DNA from: Raillietiella orientalis
Lineage: Eukaryota
Length of the DNA stretch: 64,000 nucleotides
NCBI GenBank assembly: GCA_036172245.1
Contig: JAYWIR010000082.1
Span: 62,001 to 126,000, forward strand
Reading direction: 5' to 3'
Numbering within the stretch: position 1 is the stretch's first letter; the number at the start of each line of letters is the position of its first letter. The notes below the pieces were generated by a model that worked only from the letters and a program-made list of their open reading frames with translations, had not been told where the DNA came from and did not search any database. Positions 11,191 through 23,975 of the stretch are shown here, one piece after another. Made by a program: the position numbers and the translations under genes.

Positions 11191-14100
11191 ACCCGGAAAA
11201 CATTAAGCATTAGAGTGATGCGGGAAGATTTACTCAATCGTGCGGATCTAGCAGACCGTACGTAACAAACAGAATAAGAGTATGGAGCCAGTACCTGACT
11301 TCCCAATTTGCTCTAGTGAGTTCTCGTGAACAACGATACCTTCAAGATAACTCAATGCCTCTAGGACGGCACGCTGATGTCGATAAAAAGTGATGGAAGG
11401 CATTTGAATGCCCTGCCAAATGAAGTGAATCCATCTGTGTGGACAATAATGATGAAGAGGAAAGATCCAGTTATCCACTGATGACATGCTCATGATTCCA
11501 TGGAGGATTAAGGGGAACTTTGGAATGATTTGAGATCATCTCGACGATCTTTCCTTTTTCGAGGAAGACAAAAAGCGGAACACGGTGTACCCGGTTGTCA
11601 GGTATTGAAAAGAACACTTTCGACGACAGAGCTGCTGCCACGTTCTTGCTGCATCTCAGGTGATGCACATCCGTTTCGCATACAACTTGTGTCCATCGTG
11701 CAGCCACTCCATCACTGAATTCTTTTCGATGTGAAAGATCCCGGAGGACTACGAAGCCCGACTTCAGTGTTACCCATGAAGCTGCTGAAGATTTCAAGCG
11801 GTTCGCGTCAATGAGCTTCGAGAGCGTTTGTGAATTCTAGGAAGAAAATTAACCTTCATGTCTTGGATTCCGTCGTCCTTCTGGAACAAACGCCTCCGTG
11901 TTCCTATTCTCTTGCATGAGCAGCTGATCCCCATCATGAACACCAGAGCACTTCAGAGTATCCGATTATATCTCATTTTCTTCCCAGAGTTCCTGCCTCC
12001 ATCATTTGTTGTAGGCGGCACGCAGATCGCCGCACTGGAACTGCCTGAATGTCTGTACATACGGAATTCCACCTATTTAAGAAGAATCTTAAAATCCTTA
12101 TTTCCGTGTTTCTCAATCTGCCCAACTATTAAAAAGGCAAATAAGAGGATGAGACGACGACACTTGGTTGCATGTTCCTTCCCGAACTCCATTAATTTCT
12201 GAATTTTAAAAACATGCGTTTCCTTCGAGGCCTTCTAGTGTGCTAAATGATCGAGCAGTGCCCTAAACTGTGGGTTCTCTCGAGTGAGTTCTGTGATTTC
12301 CCTTCCTCACGCTCACAGAGGGCCTCTGCTATTTCTGATATTGCCTGCTAGAGAACCCCCGTCCCTGAAGAGAGGACGCGCGGTGTTAGGGAGCGGTTTG
12401 CCAGTGAAAGACTTGAAGACCGCGCCTCGTCGCTATGGAGGTCGTACAAGCGCTTGTGTTGGCAGAACCCTGAACGCATGAAATAATGATCAAGGAGGAA
12501 AGGAGGAGAAAAATTACTTGACTGATATAGTAGAGAGCTCTCATGATGGAAGGGAGATTTCACGATATGCAGAGGTTGGGCATCTCCGGTGGTTTGACTA
12601 CGTGAAGACTCAATAGGAATTATTGAATTCAATAAGTGTTCCTACTAGCAACGAGAATGTCCCTGTCCGTACATCCCTTTGATTCGATTCGTGATCCAAA
12701 ACTGCTGTTGAAGTAGCATCTGAAGCATGTTTCCCCTGGGAGGTGGGCCACACCCGTCAGAACTCTGCGGCTCGTGCGGCTGCTGTTGCAGCTGCTGGGA
12801 TTTGCTTTGAGCGCCCTCCGGCCTGTACCTTCGCTCTCATCGCGCATGGGTGGTGCGATGCACCATGTGATCGTCAGTCCGAGAGTAAAAGACATCGCAG
12901 GTGGAGCAGCAGTTACCAAGTACATCACAAGTACTGGATTCAGCAGATGAAGGAGGGCTTTGTTCCTCGCTCTCATCTGTTGAATCCGGTTTCACTTTTG
13001 GAAACCCATTCCCCAAAATACTGATTAAAACGCTTCTTCTTCTAGCTCTAATTGACCGGACCGCGGCTCCTTGGCATCCATCGTCAACTTTTCTGGAAAA
13101 ATATTTTATCGTACGCTAAAGTTGGCTTGCACTGCTGTCCTAATCCACCTATGGTTCTATTTCTATCCAATTCTTCTTTTGCTTTCATCCCTTTCGAAGG
13201 TACTCTTCACAATTTCCACAGAGGCAAATCTGGTAACATCAATAAGATGTACTATTTATGGCCGACCATCTCTTCTCCTCTCCATGTAAATAGAAAGTGG
13301 GCACTGCTTTCAAGAGAGCCCCTTCACAAAATTACTCGTCCAGCCGTGGACTGGGAGAACTCGTGAGAAATGGAATGCTATCTCTTCATTATCCACATAT
13401 TCTTTCTATTCACACTTGGGGTTTTTTTTTTTCTTCCACTTTCCATGTGCAAAACCAAAGCTGCTCAGCACTTCCGAAGACGCACGAATCACGAACAACC
13501 CAAAAGAGAGCCACGTGGATGGCTTGCATCCAATCACAAACAAAAGGAAATCCTTCCCCATTTTAGACATCTGCAGAGGCATAAGTATATTTCTGCAGAG
13601 GTTTCTGTCATTAAAATGAGGAAGAATAAGTCTCCCGGGCGGAAAATAAGAAAGGAAATAATGTAGAACTTTAAAGATTTTTGTTTTATCTACAAGCGGA
13701 ATATTTGCAAGTGAACCCTTACTTTTCATTCCATTTCTCTGTCAAATACCAAGCAAAGTATCACTCGTGGACACTTGAGGAGCACACATAGAGGAAACAG
13801 CATTCTGAATGCAGGTGCTGCCATCGCAAAGAGTGCGGCTCGTGGAGTAAACATTCAAAAGTCATTTACCATCAGTCTTTGAAGATGAGTGAATAATCTC
13901 ATCGTCCGCTCTATTTACAAAGTGTTTCTCCTTGTCTTCAGGTTCCTCCATGAGCGCTGAAATTACTGCTGCTCAGCTGATGGGTGGAACATTTTCAGCA
14001 CTTTGAAAGGGAGAGTCCTTCCCATTCGTGGATCCGATGAGGTCAACTTCATCCCAGACTAACGAAAGATCCAATGCATCTTTAATCGTCTTTTTTATCT

Positions 14101-15530
14101 GTAGGTACTCATAGTCGTAATGAGGTGTTTTCTTCGTGTCGCACATGCCAGTAGCCTCTCAAACAGCTCCCTTTGTATCTTTTCTTCATTCCTTATTAAT
14201 TACAGTCCGTATTATTCTGCTGAGTAATTAGCTGCTATGTATTCTTGTTGATTATGGTTTTTCCTTGCAAGCTTTCAACTTGCAGTAACAGGGAATCATC
14301 CATCAGATCACGTATTTATGACTGCATTCAAATCTGAAGTCAAGAGCTTATAATTTGCTTGTACACATTGAAAGTTTCTTCTTTCGTTTGCAGTAAACTT
14401 TCTTATGATTTCATTTCAAGTTTGACTATTCGTTGCCGTGGTTTCATTTAAGGCAATTGCATTTGCTTTCCATCCTCCCACTTCCGCAAGTGAGAAGCCA
14501 GCTTGACTTGGAGGATCTCCTAGCCTTTGCTCCCAGTGCATGTCCCGGCTGTGTTGGATGCTGAATGACACCTATCCGGTTGACCGGAAAGTTCCATACA
14601 TTGCAGACATCCTGTTCTAGAAATTCCGACATCTTGATGAGAGGACGTCGATCGGGCGAAGTGACGGCTGGGTTGCTGATAGCAGAAGAGAAAGCACGTG
14701 CTGACCATGTTTTGATCTCTGTTCTTTCACGTGCCTTCATGGAGGTTGCCGTTTCGCTTTCAAACGCTCAGCACGTGACCGGTGGGAAAATGTTTTCTCT
14801 TTCCAGCACGAGACAGGCCCCAACAACGACTCATAGCAGCTATGCTTTGTGGATGAACAGGATCTCCCATCGCTTCTATATGTAATCGACCAAGGCGTTT
14901 CATCCCCTTAGCTGGGGAAGAATCTGACATGAGTAGCAGCGTTTTCGCCCAATGCTTGCGCTGAAGGCAAGATTGGTCGCCTGCCTGCACCCATGCCTGT
15001 TGTATAGATGAATTAGTAGCTGGCGATGAGTAGGGGATCACGCTCGTATGAAAAATGTCTGGCGGCACAATGCAATCTAACGCATTATATGGCCTTGTCT
15101 TGATAAGGATAGTTCTCGATCAGGGATCACCATGTCTCTCTTCATTCCATGGTTAGTATTCTCACCGCTATTCAATTCTTCACTACCATGAGTAGAGTTT
15201 TTTGAGGGAACTTGGAAGCAGTAGGTCAAGAGAGGTGAATGGTCTGAGGCGGCTATCTGCCAAAAACGAATTTTTTTTCTTCAGAAGGTTTACGGTGGCG
15301 AGACATCCGTTTGCTCGTCCATTATATTTGTCTTCGTTGGGAAGTTGGGAGTCAAGGATGGCTCACCAACTTCTAGATCTCTTCGTTATTGATAGTGTCT
15401 TCACTGTGCTCCCCAAATCGCTGATCCCTGGATGTGGCGAATGTGGAAAATAAGATGTTTTTATGGCATCTATCATTTTCCTTCTTGGAAGAAAGTCTTC
15501 TTGATGAGCATTTCGCATAGAATTTATTAC

Positions 15531-17252
15531 CAGAGAGGACATGAAGAACTGGTTAAGCTACTTTTGGAGAGTGGAGCTGACATTGATGCTCGGAATGATT
15601 GTAGTAAAACTGCACTACACTTTGCTGTTGAAAGAGGACATGAAAAAGTGGTTAAGCTACTTTTAGATGGCCGAGCTAATGTTGATGTTCAAGATAAGGA
15701 TGGTAAAACTGCCCTGTGCTCTGCTGTGAGAAGCAGATGTTCAGCAATTATTAAGCATGTTTTAAAGCATTTTCCTGATGTGAATAACAAGAGTAATAGG
15801 AGTGCTCTTAAGATTGCAGTCAGAGGCTATGGGAATCGGTATGGCAAGATTCTTGAAATTCTGCTTCAGTATGGTTGTACTGTCGATCCAGAAGATGTAA
15901 ATAATTGTGAATTTCTGCATGCTGCTGTTGCGAATTGTTGTCATTCGAAAATTGTTGGACAACTCTTAAAGTGCGGTACTGATGCAAGCATGAGGAGGTT
16001 GGCAAAGTGTTGATTAGCTATGGAGCTGATGTAAATGCTAAAAGCAAAATGGTTTAACGCCAATATTTTTTGCTGTTCGAAATTCCGATTTGGAAATTAC
16101 CGAGCTACTTCTAACTAATAAGGCTATTGTAAAAGATGATCCTAGGCTACTGTATGTTGCTGCTGAGGAGGGATGCAGACGAATTCGGAAAGCTCTTTTA
16201 CAATATTTTGCTAATTTTAATGCTAGTGATGGACTTGGAAGAACCGCATTGCATTTTACTGATGCAGGTGGCAAGTTTGGTGATTATGGAAGTAGTGATA
16301 TACATTGTAACCCCAAGGGAGAAATTGCCAAATTGCTTTTGAGTAAAGGAACTAATGTAAATGCTCAAACTAACGAGAGTATCACACCCCTTCATGAAGC
16401 TGATCGAAATGGTCAGCTAGCAGTTGTCGAGGTTCTCTTGAAATTTGGAGCCTGCATTGATTCTAAAGATGAAAGTGGTAGGAAAGCACTTCACACTGCT
16501 TCCCAAGGAGGAAAGGTAGAAGTCGTTGCTCTTCTAGATCATGGCTCTGATATTAACATCACCTGTAAAAATAATTATACAGCACTTGAGTTGGTTTGGA
16601 ATTTCACAGAACATATGGACATATGCTGCGGTTATTATCCATATAACGATTGGGCTTGACAGATTGAGAATCTTCGTTCGCCATATAAAATTCATCGAAT
16701 TCATAGGCGCTATATAGTCAAGATGGAAACTGCAAATTTCTATGTGAATAAAAAGAATTTTACTATCAGTTCATGAGGATGAAGTTGAAAGCGATTCTCA
16801 GAGAACGGATGACGACGATTTCGATTTTCGGATTCGATATATGGGAGAAATAGAAATAATGAAGAGTGAGAAGATTGGTAATTCGAACGCCTCATTTTAT
16901 GACATCTTGAGAAAAAATGTAAACCAATTAACTCTTGGGAAATGAAGATATAGTACAAGTCTTAAGATCGGACGATTATAAAATGAAATTTCGAATATAT
17001 GCCACTATGATAACTAATGGTTTCAGGAAGGGAGAAAGAAGGAAGGAATTGTTCGAGCAAATCAATGAAAATTGCCACATCTTTCCTGCGTTACTGCGTG
17101 AGTGTACTGAACACGTGCTCAGTTATCTAAGCAACGAAGATTTAAGAATTTTAATAGATGCTCATCAGCCTACTAATGCGAGTAGGCTTGATGGTAATAC
17201 TGACAACGTGGCAATCACTTCAACTGTGTCCAATACATCAGCATTACGTTGA
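15531..17252 (+). pseudogene. Wolbachia-like ankyrin-repeat protein with C-terminal PRANC/F-box-like domain; frameshifted, intronless (probable nuclear endosymbiont transfer)
   Basis: Many ankyrin repeats (GHEELVKLLLESGADIDAR..KTALHFAV; GRTALHF; ITPLHEA; GRKALHTAS), then YIVKMETANFYV..MKSEKIGNSNASFYDIL..LRSDDYKMKFRIYATMITNGFRKGERRKEL..LRECTEHVLSYLSNEDLRILIDA, which I recognise as the Wolbachia Ank-PRANC C-terminus. Frame breaks near 16000, 16659 and 16780-16935. Confidence 0.8.
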
Positions 17253-17729
17253 TATAATAGTAAGGCAACGAATAGGTAACGATTGCTGCATGATTTCATG
17301 TTATTTTAAGGAAGTTATTTCAATTACGAATTGACTTGGCATTTCTTATTTTTTCAATAGATTGTTTTTTGTTTATTTCAAAATGGTGTGCATGGTAATC
17401 GACTGTTCCACAGCTTCCATTTTCGTAGGGGAATTTAAAAACTCGGAAAAATGAAGGTTAGAACGAAACACCATGTATAACGGACGTATACTTAGGTCTT
17501 GTGCAGGTTTGGTACATGCCGACATCGTTTTCCCCTTTTAACTAAGCGTTCAATATGTTTTGGGCGGTCCTATTTCGATTTTGATTTAGGAGAAATCGTA
17601 GACAGTAAGTAACAGCATCGAATATTGTGAGTCACACTGTGGCTTTGAATGCATCGTAACCCACAACGTTTTCGAAATTCATTCTGCCATTGGCACCAAG
17701 GTGTTTCTCCCTCGCATTACCATCCACCC

Positions 17730-18894
17730 ATGCACACTGGAGTTATGGAAGCGTTTCTAGCAGTTTTGCCACACCATATCTTCTGAAGGTCAGCATGCAG
17801 ACATTCCTGAACGCCCAGAGATATTTGATGCCTCACCTGAGCTCAGCAGACGAAGAGGTGACCAAAAGTGGTTTGATGAGTTACTGGAATTGCCTACTGC
17901 AGAAGAGAGGCTCACGGAAATGAATGCCCCAAAATGCTGAGGATAGTTCGCAGTCGATGTGGTACCAAAATATGCACTGTATAATTGATTGCCGAGTATG
18001 CAGTTCTTTACAAAGACAAAAATATTCAGGGATGTCCATGCGGACGCTCACGAGGTCTCAGGAAAGGGGACTTAAGATGTGGTTAATGCTGCAGCCCCAA
18101 GACTTGCTGAGCCCATTCGGGTAGAACATTCTCGTATGTATGTGTGATTGAGTGTTCAGGCCAATATGAAGTAACATGTTTTAGAAATGCCGAAAGGCTG
18201 CCCGATGGGCGGAATCTGCGAATCTGTCCCCATATCTTCTCCGCCAATTCAGTTGTGTTCTGATGCATTTTCTTGCTTCCAAGGAGCACATTCTAACAAC
18301 CCAGATTGCCAGTTTATCCACATATGTAAATTTCGGATGAAATTCTTGCAGGTGGATCATGATCCCAGAATGGAAGCATTTTGGTTTCTGAGTGTCATGA
18401 AGAACACACGGGACTTGAGCCAAATTGAAGAGGCGGAGGACACATAACCCTGTTAGATCAACCTGTCCAGAACAGGTTTATCTTTCCATCCAGTTGGTTA
18501 GTAAGCAAATGTTTGATGGTCGAGCTGCCTGAATGCATTTTTTCGTTTCTTGGATGAGCAGTGTGGCCTCTCGTGAAGGAATCCCTTCTCGCATCCTCAC
18601 TTCGCACCGTGTGAGAGTGAATCTGCACCAAATGTACCCAATTTTGGTCATGATCCTGGAACACATTTGCTCGCCTCCAGCAGGAGTCCCCTTGTTTCAG
18701 TTCCTGGTTTTTGGTCCCCGGGTGAATGCAAGTTCCGCCAATCATCCTTTCTTAATCCCAAGCAAGTTGGAAAGTTTCAAGAAACCTTGGACCATTTTGA
18801 ACTGGAGGACCTCGGGGATTTTCTTTGCAGCCATTGGAATGCTTGGTTGAGTTCTGCGTGGTTGAATGCTGTGGCACTCTGTCAAGGTTGGTAG
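17730..18894 (+). pseudogene. mRpS30: Mitochondrial ribosomal protein S30 (mL65/PDCD9) pseudogene, partial, apparently retaining introns
   Basis: Frame PEIFDASPELSRRRGDQKWFDELLELPTAEERLTEMNAPK..YN*LPSMQFFTKT, later VDHDPRMEAFWF, VPNFGHDP, VPGFWSPG, AWLNAVALCQGW. In-frame stops at 17938, 17944 and 17986; short GT..AG intron at about 18138-18184. Confidence 0.7.
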
Positions 18895-19996
18895 TTTATG
18901 CAATTGCGGGTATGTGTTTTGTTGCACGTTCGCTTTCAGGTTTTGCGTTATTTCATACCCCCTGACCACTCAGATTATGAGAACCATTGGCAGGAGTGGG
19001 GTTCCTTCGTGTATTAAATGAACACGAACGTGTCCTCCTGTTCCAAGCTTCGTCCCGACAATAGGAAACTCCATGACATGATGTGGACACTGTACCCCGA
19101 TCTCCTGTTCAACGACATGAAGGGGCGGTCGGAAGGAAGAGTGCATTTTGTCTCGTCCTCAGAACACTTGTGCTTGTTCAATATTTGATCTTTGCATTTC
19201 TTGTTGTCGTTTCGGAGGCATGGATATCTGCATCTGTCTAAAGAATACATTTTGATTTGCGCCCATGCCTGAATTTCAAAGTACAAGGTCTCATCATAGT
19301 GTTCACTGAACCAAGCAATACGGTAATTACACTCGTAATTTACAGCAGTGCTTAGTTTTCACAAAGGTCTTCCAGACTCCTTTCTTTCTGTTTTCGATTG
19401 ATGGAATTCGGGCTGGTAGATGTGTTCAGCTTTTCCACGTTCTGCCTTCCCATTCAGTAACAGAAATACACTTTGCTTTCGAAGCCTCTTCAATGCGGAA
19501 ATAGGAAATGCGGAAGCTTTTCTTTGTTTTTCCAACTCCAAATCCACTTTGGATGCCACAGGCTCCCACCAATGCTTTCACAAACCACGAATGGTTGGGA
19601 CACCGATCACGGAAGCCCCCCATTTTTACCGGAGTCACCATTGGAGAAGCCCCGTCCATAATACACGAGCATATCGAAGCCATTTCCTGGATGATTTTTT
19701 ACAAAGGATCACCCACTCAGGTGATGCATAATGTTTTTTTTCACTCCATTACATTAGATAGCGTACCGTTCTGCAAACTGTTCCTCTATGTACTGGCAGT
19801 TTCCCATAGGGTTCCTTGCACAGTATTCGGCAATGAGATGAACGTTATTTGTTTCATTCATGTTTTCCTCATTGGTATAGTGAATGCCTTTAAGGCCATT
19901 CATTGCAATTCCTTGCGACAGAATTAGGTTATAAAGGTTAAGGCTTCTCGTCTTTGTTAATCAGAAGAGAAGTCACCTGTTGAGTTCTCATAATAA

Positions 19997-21445
19997 GTGA
20001 AGGGCGGTACTCCTTCCATCCCAGAAGGGACGAAGCTGCATTCGATTTTGCATGCGGCTGCTGGAGCGGGTGGAGCTGCCAGGCTCGGGTCTCGTTCGGC
20101 AGGAACGTTTGCCAGGGAAGTACAGGAAGCGCGGTGGGTTTCTCGGAGAAGTTCCTGGATTCATAAGGACAAATCTGAGCGGGAGCAAACTTCGATGCGC
20201 CGTCGCGACTCCATGCTGTTCTTGAGCCCGGAGGACAGGCAGACGAAGGGCGGTCACATCCTCGTCGTGAACATAATCGCGCACGACGTCCTGGAATCCT
20301 TTTCTCCTTGGTCCCAGCTCATCGTCCAAGTTCGGATGCCCTGCTCCGGAGCAGTTTACCTATTCCTGGTAATCGTGAACAGACCCCCCAGCAAAAGCAC
20401 CGGTGTGCTGAAGCTGTGCGGGATCTCCTGAGCAGCTGGGTCGCACCTATGGACATCGTCTCGTCGTAGGCGACCTGAATACCCCGGGCATCACGATCGA
20501 TTCCAGAAATACAGGGGTAAAGTGGGGGTATCGGCAGCTTTCTGAAGAGTTCGAACTGCTACGTCCTGAGAGTCAGCCACTAGACCATCCACCACGTGCT
20601 CTACAGTCAAGACATCGACAACCGCGTGCAGAGATTCCTAAACATGCAGACTCTGCTCTCGACCCGCCCCTTGCTGCGGTTCACACTGAAAACGGAGAAC
20701 CTCCGGAAACAGGCAAACACCAGGACAGCACTCATCTGCGTGCCCACCTGGCTCGAAACGCTTCCCTGTCACCAGCAATTGATAGAAACGATCCTGCAGG
20801 ACACCACAATACGCAGGGTCGGGGACTGGGACAGGTTGAAGCATAGCATCCACGTATTTTGAAACGCGCAATTTGGAAACAGGACGATGAGGCAGGAAGC
20901 GAACTGAGAGAAAAGCATCCAACATCAGTCCCTCTCCAGCTGCTGGGATCAGTTCGAGAGGCGGTACGTCTTACGCAACGTAAAAGGGAAGGTCGACGTG
21001 CAGGAGAGGAAGAATCTGGTGATGGATATCTTCTGCATCCAGCAGCAGGGCCAGCTGCGACAGACGTCGGAAGAAATAGTGAAGGCATTCCACCAACATG
21101 ACACCTTCCACTTTTCACGTGGGAACTCCCAAGAAGCGAGCAGGATGTTTTTCTGGATGCTTGCTGGATCGACTCATCAGGCAACAGCAGGGAGGTCTAG
21201 AAGAGGAAATCTGCATGGAAGAAGTGCAGTAGGTATTCAGCGGACTCCGCAAGAATGTGGCTGCAGGCCCTGACTGCGTGCTCATCTCACTCGCAGCATT
21301 ACGAGCACACCTACCTGCGGTTGTTCCACGAGCTGGCGCTTTGCATCCAAGAACGGAGGTTCCCCGAGTCGTTCCACGGGAGCAGGATGAGGCTGCTACC
21401 AATGAGAGCAGGTTTGACCAAGGTCAACCAACAGAGGCTCATCTT
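19997..21445 (+). mobile_element. Family A fragment (APE endonuclease, linker, start of RT), degenerate
   Basis: QTKGGHILV, LYSQDIDNRVQRF..LLRFTLKTENLRK..WDRLKHSIHVF, AAGPDCV, RLLPMRAGLTKVNQQR; collinear with 117-1760. Confidence 0.85.
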
Positions 21446-21459
21446 TTTTTTATTGAATT

Positions 21460-23700
21460 AATTTTGGCTACAACTGCAGAATCATTCCCGCTGGCTCTGC
21501 CTGCTCTTCCAACTTTTCCATTATGATTGACGAACTGCTGTTTAGTCCATAGTGGGGTTGTTCCTGTTTCATAATATAACTTAAGGGGTCGCTCGCATCG
21601 TCGGGTGGATGACCCAGTCTGTGGGTCCAGTAGATATCCCTGCTTGCCCTAATGCAGCAGGATACACACAGCTTTCTCAACTTTTTTACGTTGTTTTCTT
21701 TGATTCCTAGTAGTCGTAGTATGGTGTCGTTCTTGGATCCCACGATCCTAAGGCTTCTACGATGAATACTTGCATAGTTGCAGATCCGCCGGAATGGTTG
21801 ATGCTGTGGATTAGAGTTTGGTATTTTTCTTCCTTGATTTTTCTTGCTCCTGTGAGCGCATTTTCCTTGCCTTCGAATGGGCAAGTAATGTCCACCATGA
21901 TCCACTTTCCATGTTTCTCCAGTATGAGATCCGGCCTTAACAGGGAGTCGACTTCGGGTATGCTCTGGTCCACTGATAATAGCTTGCATCCTCCTACCTT
22001 TGTGGCGACATTTTGCAGTTTCAGCGCGAATGCATTCTGTCGAGAGATGTACATCGGGAAGTGCATTACTCGGTGATTCAATATGTGCGGTAATGTCTCG
22101 TCCTGACAGTCGCCGCCACGCCTCGCCACATCTCGAAGGGACTCCTTCGGTGAAGTGAACACTTGAGTGTGCCCCCCGAAGAACTTGTGGTCCCTCCCTC
22201 CTGTTTGAACACTTCTGTGTTCTACCTTTCGTGGAAGCAGGACGTCATCATGCTGGTGCATTGGGATTTTCACTCCAACCAGCGGACGAACCGTGTTTCC
22301 GGGGGAGTTGTCTCCCCGAACTGTAAGCGGTGCGGGGAAGTGGAAACGCTCCCGCACCTGCTCCTGGACTGCGGTGCCCTTCTAGGACTTTGGCGGAGGC
22401 TGGCCTCAGCTCTCCTGCACCAGAGGGACACCGCGAGGGACTTGATGCGCCGCTTCTTCACGCCAGGCGGCCTGTCTTTGGGTGCTGTCGTTGCAACCGT
22501 GTGTTGCACCCGCGCCATCGACAAGGCCCACCGAGAGTTGGAGAAGCTGGCCATCGTTCGTCAGCCCACCGGATTAGCCAGCGCAAGCATGTCGTCGGCT
22601 GCCGAGCGGGCCCATCTGCCACAGGACGTAAGGAGAGAGATCGCCGGCATCCATCGCCGGTTTTGAAAGGAAGGAACGGACTCACCAAAGACCCCTGTCC
22701 CATGCCCACCACATTTTTATTTTTATTTTTTATAGTAGTGTATTTGTGGTCCCCTCCCTCCTGTTCCGGACTTTCGCCATACCGACCTGCGTGTCGGGGA
22801 TCCCACCCCCTTCGTATCTTGTTTTCCCCTTTGTCCACGAACTCTGTTCCCGGATAGTTTTTAATAAACTCCCCGGCGCACCCGGGTGGTAAACAGTTGC
22901 ACCTTCGGCATATACGATCTTCTTGCTGCTCCTCTTATAGGCAGGATGTTTAGCCTTGCGGCGTGGATGAAGCGGTAATCGGCGAACCGAATATGGTCTT
23001 CCGAAGTAAGGAAGTGGCTGGAATCCTTATGTAATCCAGCGCTGCTGATGGCTTTCCCTAAGTCTGGGTGATTTTCTATCAAGGGAAGCCACATCTTTTC
23101 GCGTTGGATGGATCGGATGTTAGCCGCGAATTTCCTCCTTACCGTACTATCCAGAACTACTCCAAGTATTCTTAGTTTTGGTTCAGCCTTTTCAAATTCC
23201 CATGTTGCCTTAGTGCGGTTTGAAGCTCTCCTGGCCGTTGTCCATAGGCTCTTGATGTCCCCACCGCTTCTTTCAAATTTTCCTTTCAGGGAAAAGCAAA
23301 GCTTTTCCCTGAAAGGAATTGACCAGCTCCTCCTTCCGTGGGTTGTTGAAGTATTTTCTTTGCTACCGCCTCACGCAAAGATTCTCCGGCAAGATTTCTA
23401 CCGATTTGGTCTGGCGATGTTCGTAGCTTAAAGCAGCTGCTTTATCCGATAGATGAAGGTGTCCATGATGAAGGTGTCAGCTTCATCCGATAGCCTCATG
23501 AGTCCAAGGCAACCTTTCTTCTCGTCACCGTAGATATATTCGTTCGCGGAAGTCGGAGGGAGGTGGACTGTTTCCTTGACTAGCTGCTTTATCTCGATGT
23601 CCAGGTTTTTCCAGTCGGATTTCGGTTGCATCCCTAGCCTCTCGAAGTGGATGAGGCTAGGCAAGAAGAATACTTTCAATGCATCCAACTTTTGCCCTTT
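21460..23700 (-). mobile_element. NeSL/Utopia-like non-LTR retrotransposon with restriction-like endonuclease (RLE), 5'-truncated, interrupted at 22111-22892
   Basis: Minus frames: QKLDALKVFFLPSL, HLPPTSANEYIYGDEKKGCLG, SSHFLTSEDHIRFADYRFIHAARLNILP, ICRRCNC|QDETLPHILNH (CCHC), LRPDLIL..VDITCPFE..KEEKY..ALGSWDP (PD-(D/E)xK RLE). Confidence 0.9.
22111..22892 (+). mobile_element. Family B-related 3' fragment inserted into the NeSL/Utopia-like element
   Basis: AATP..GLL, CKRCGEVETLPHLLLDC; ends AATAAACTCCCCGGCGCACCCGGGTGGTAA; ACAGT duplicated at 22106-22110 and 22893-22897. Confidence 0.85.
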
Positions 23701-23975
23701 TCTGTAAATATACCTTTGAGTCTCTAATGTTCATGAAATTTGTTTTGCCTGTCTCATTTCGTTTATCCATGTCCGTGTACGCACGGGGACCGTGGCCGGT
23801 GCAACTTTTTGTGGGCATTTTTCCTCTTGGGAATTCCACTCGACATACAACCAACGCGTAGTGCCTTTGTGTGTTTCGGGCGTGCGTTCGTGTCCTACGA
23901 GAGTCCGGCAAACGGCTGTTCCCCATTCAATTCTCGAACCGTAAGGGAGAGCAGCGTACAATATCTTCTCCAAGA

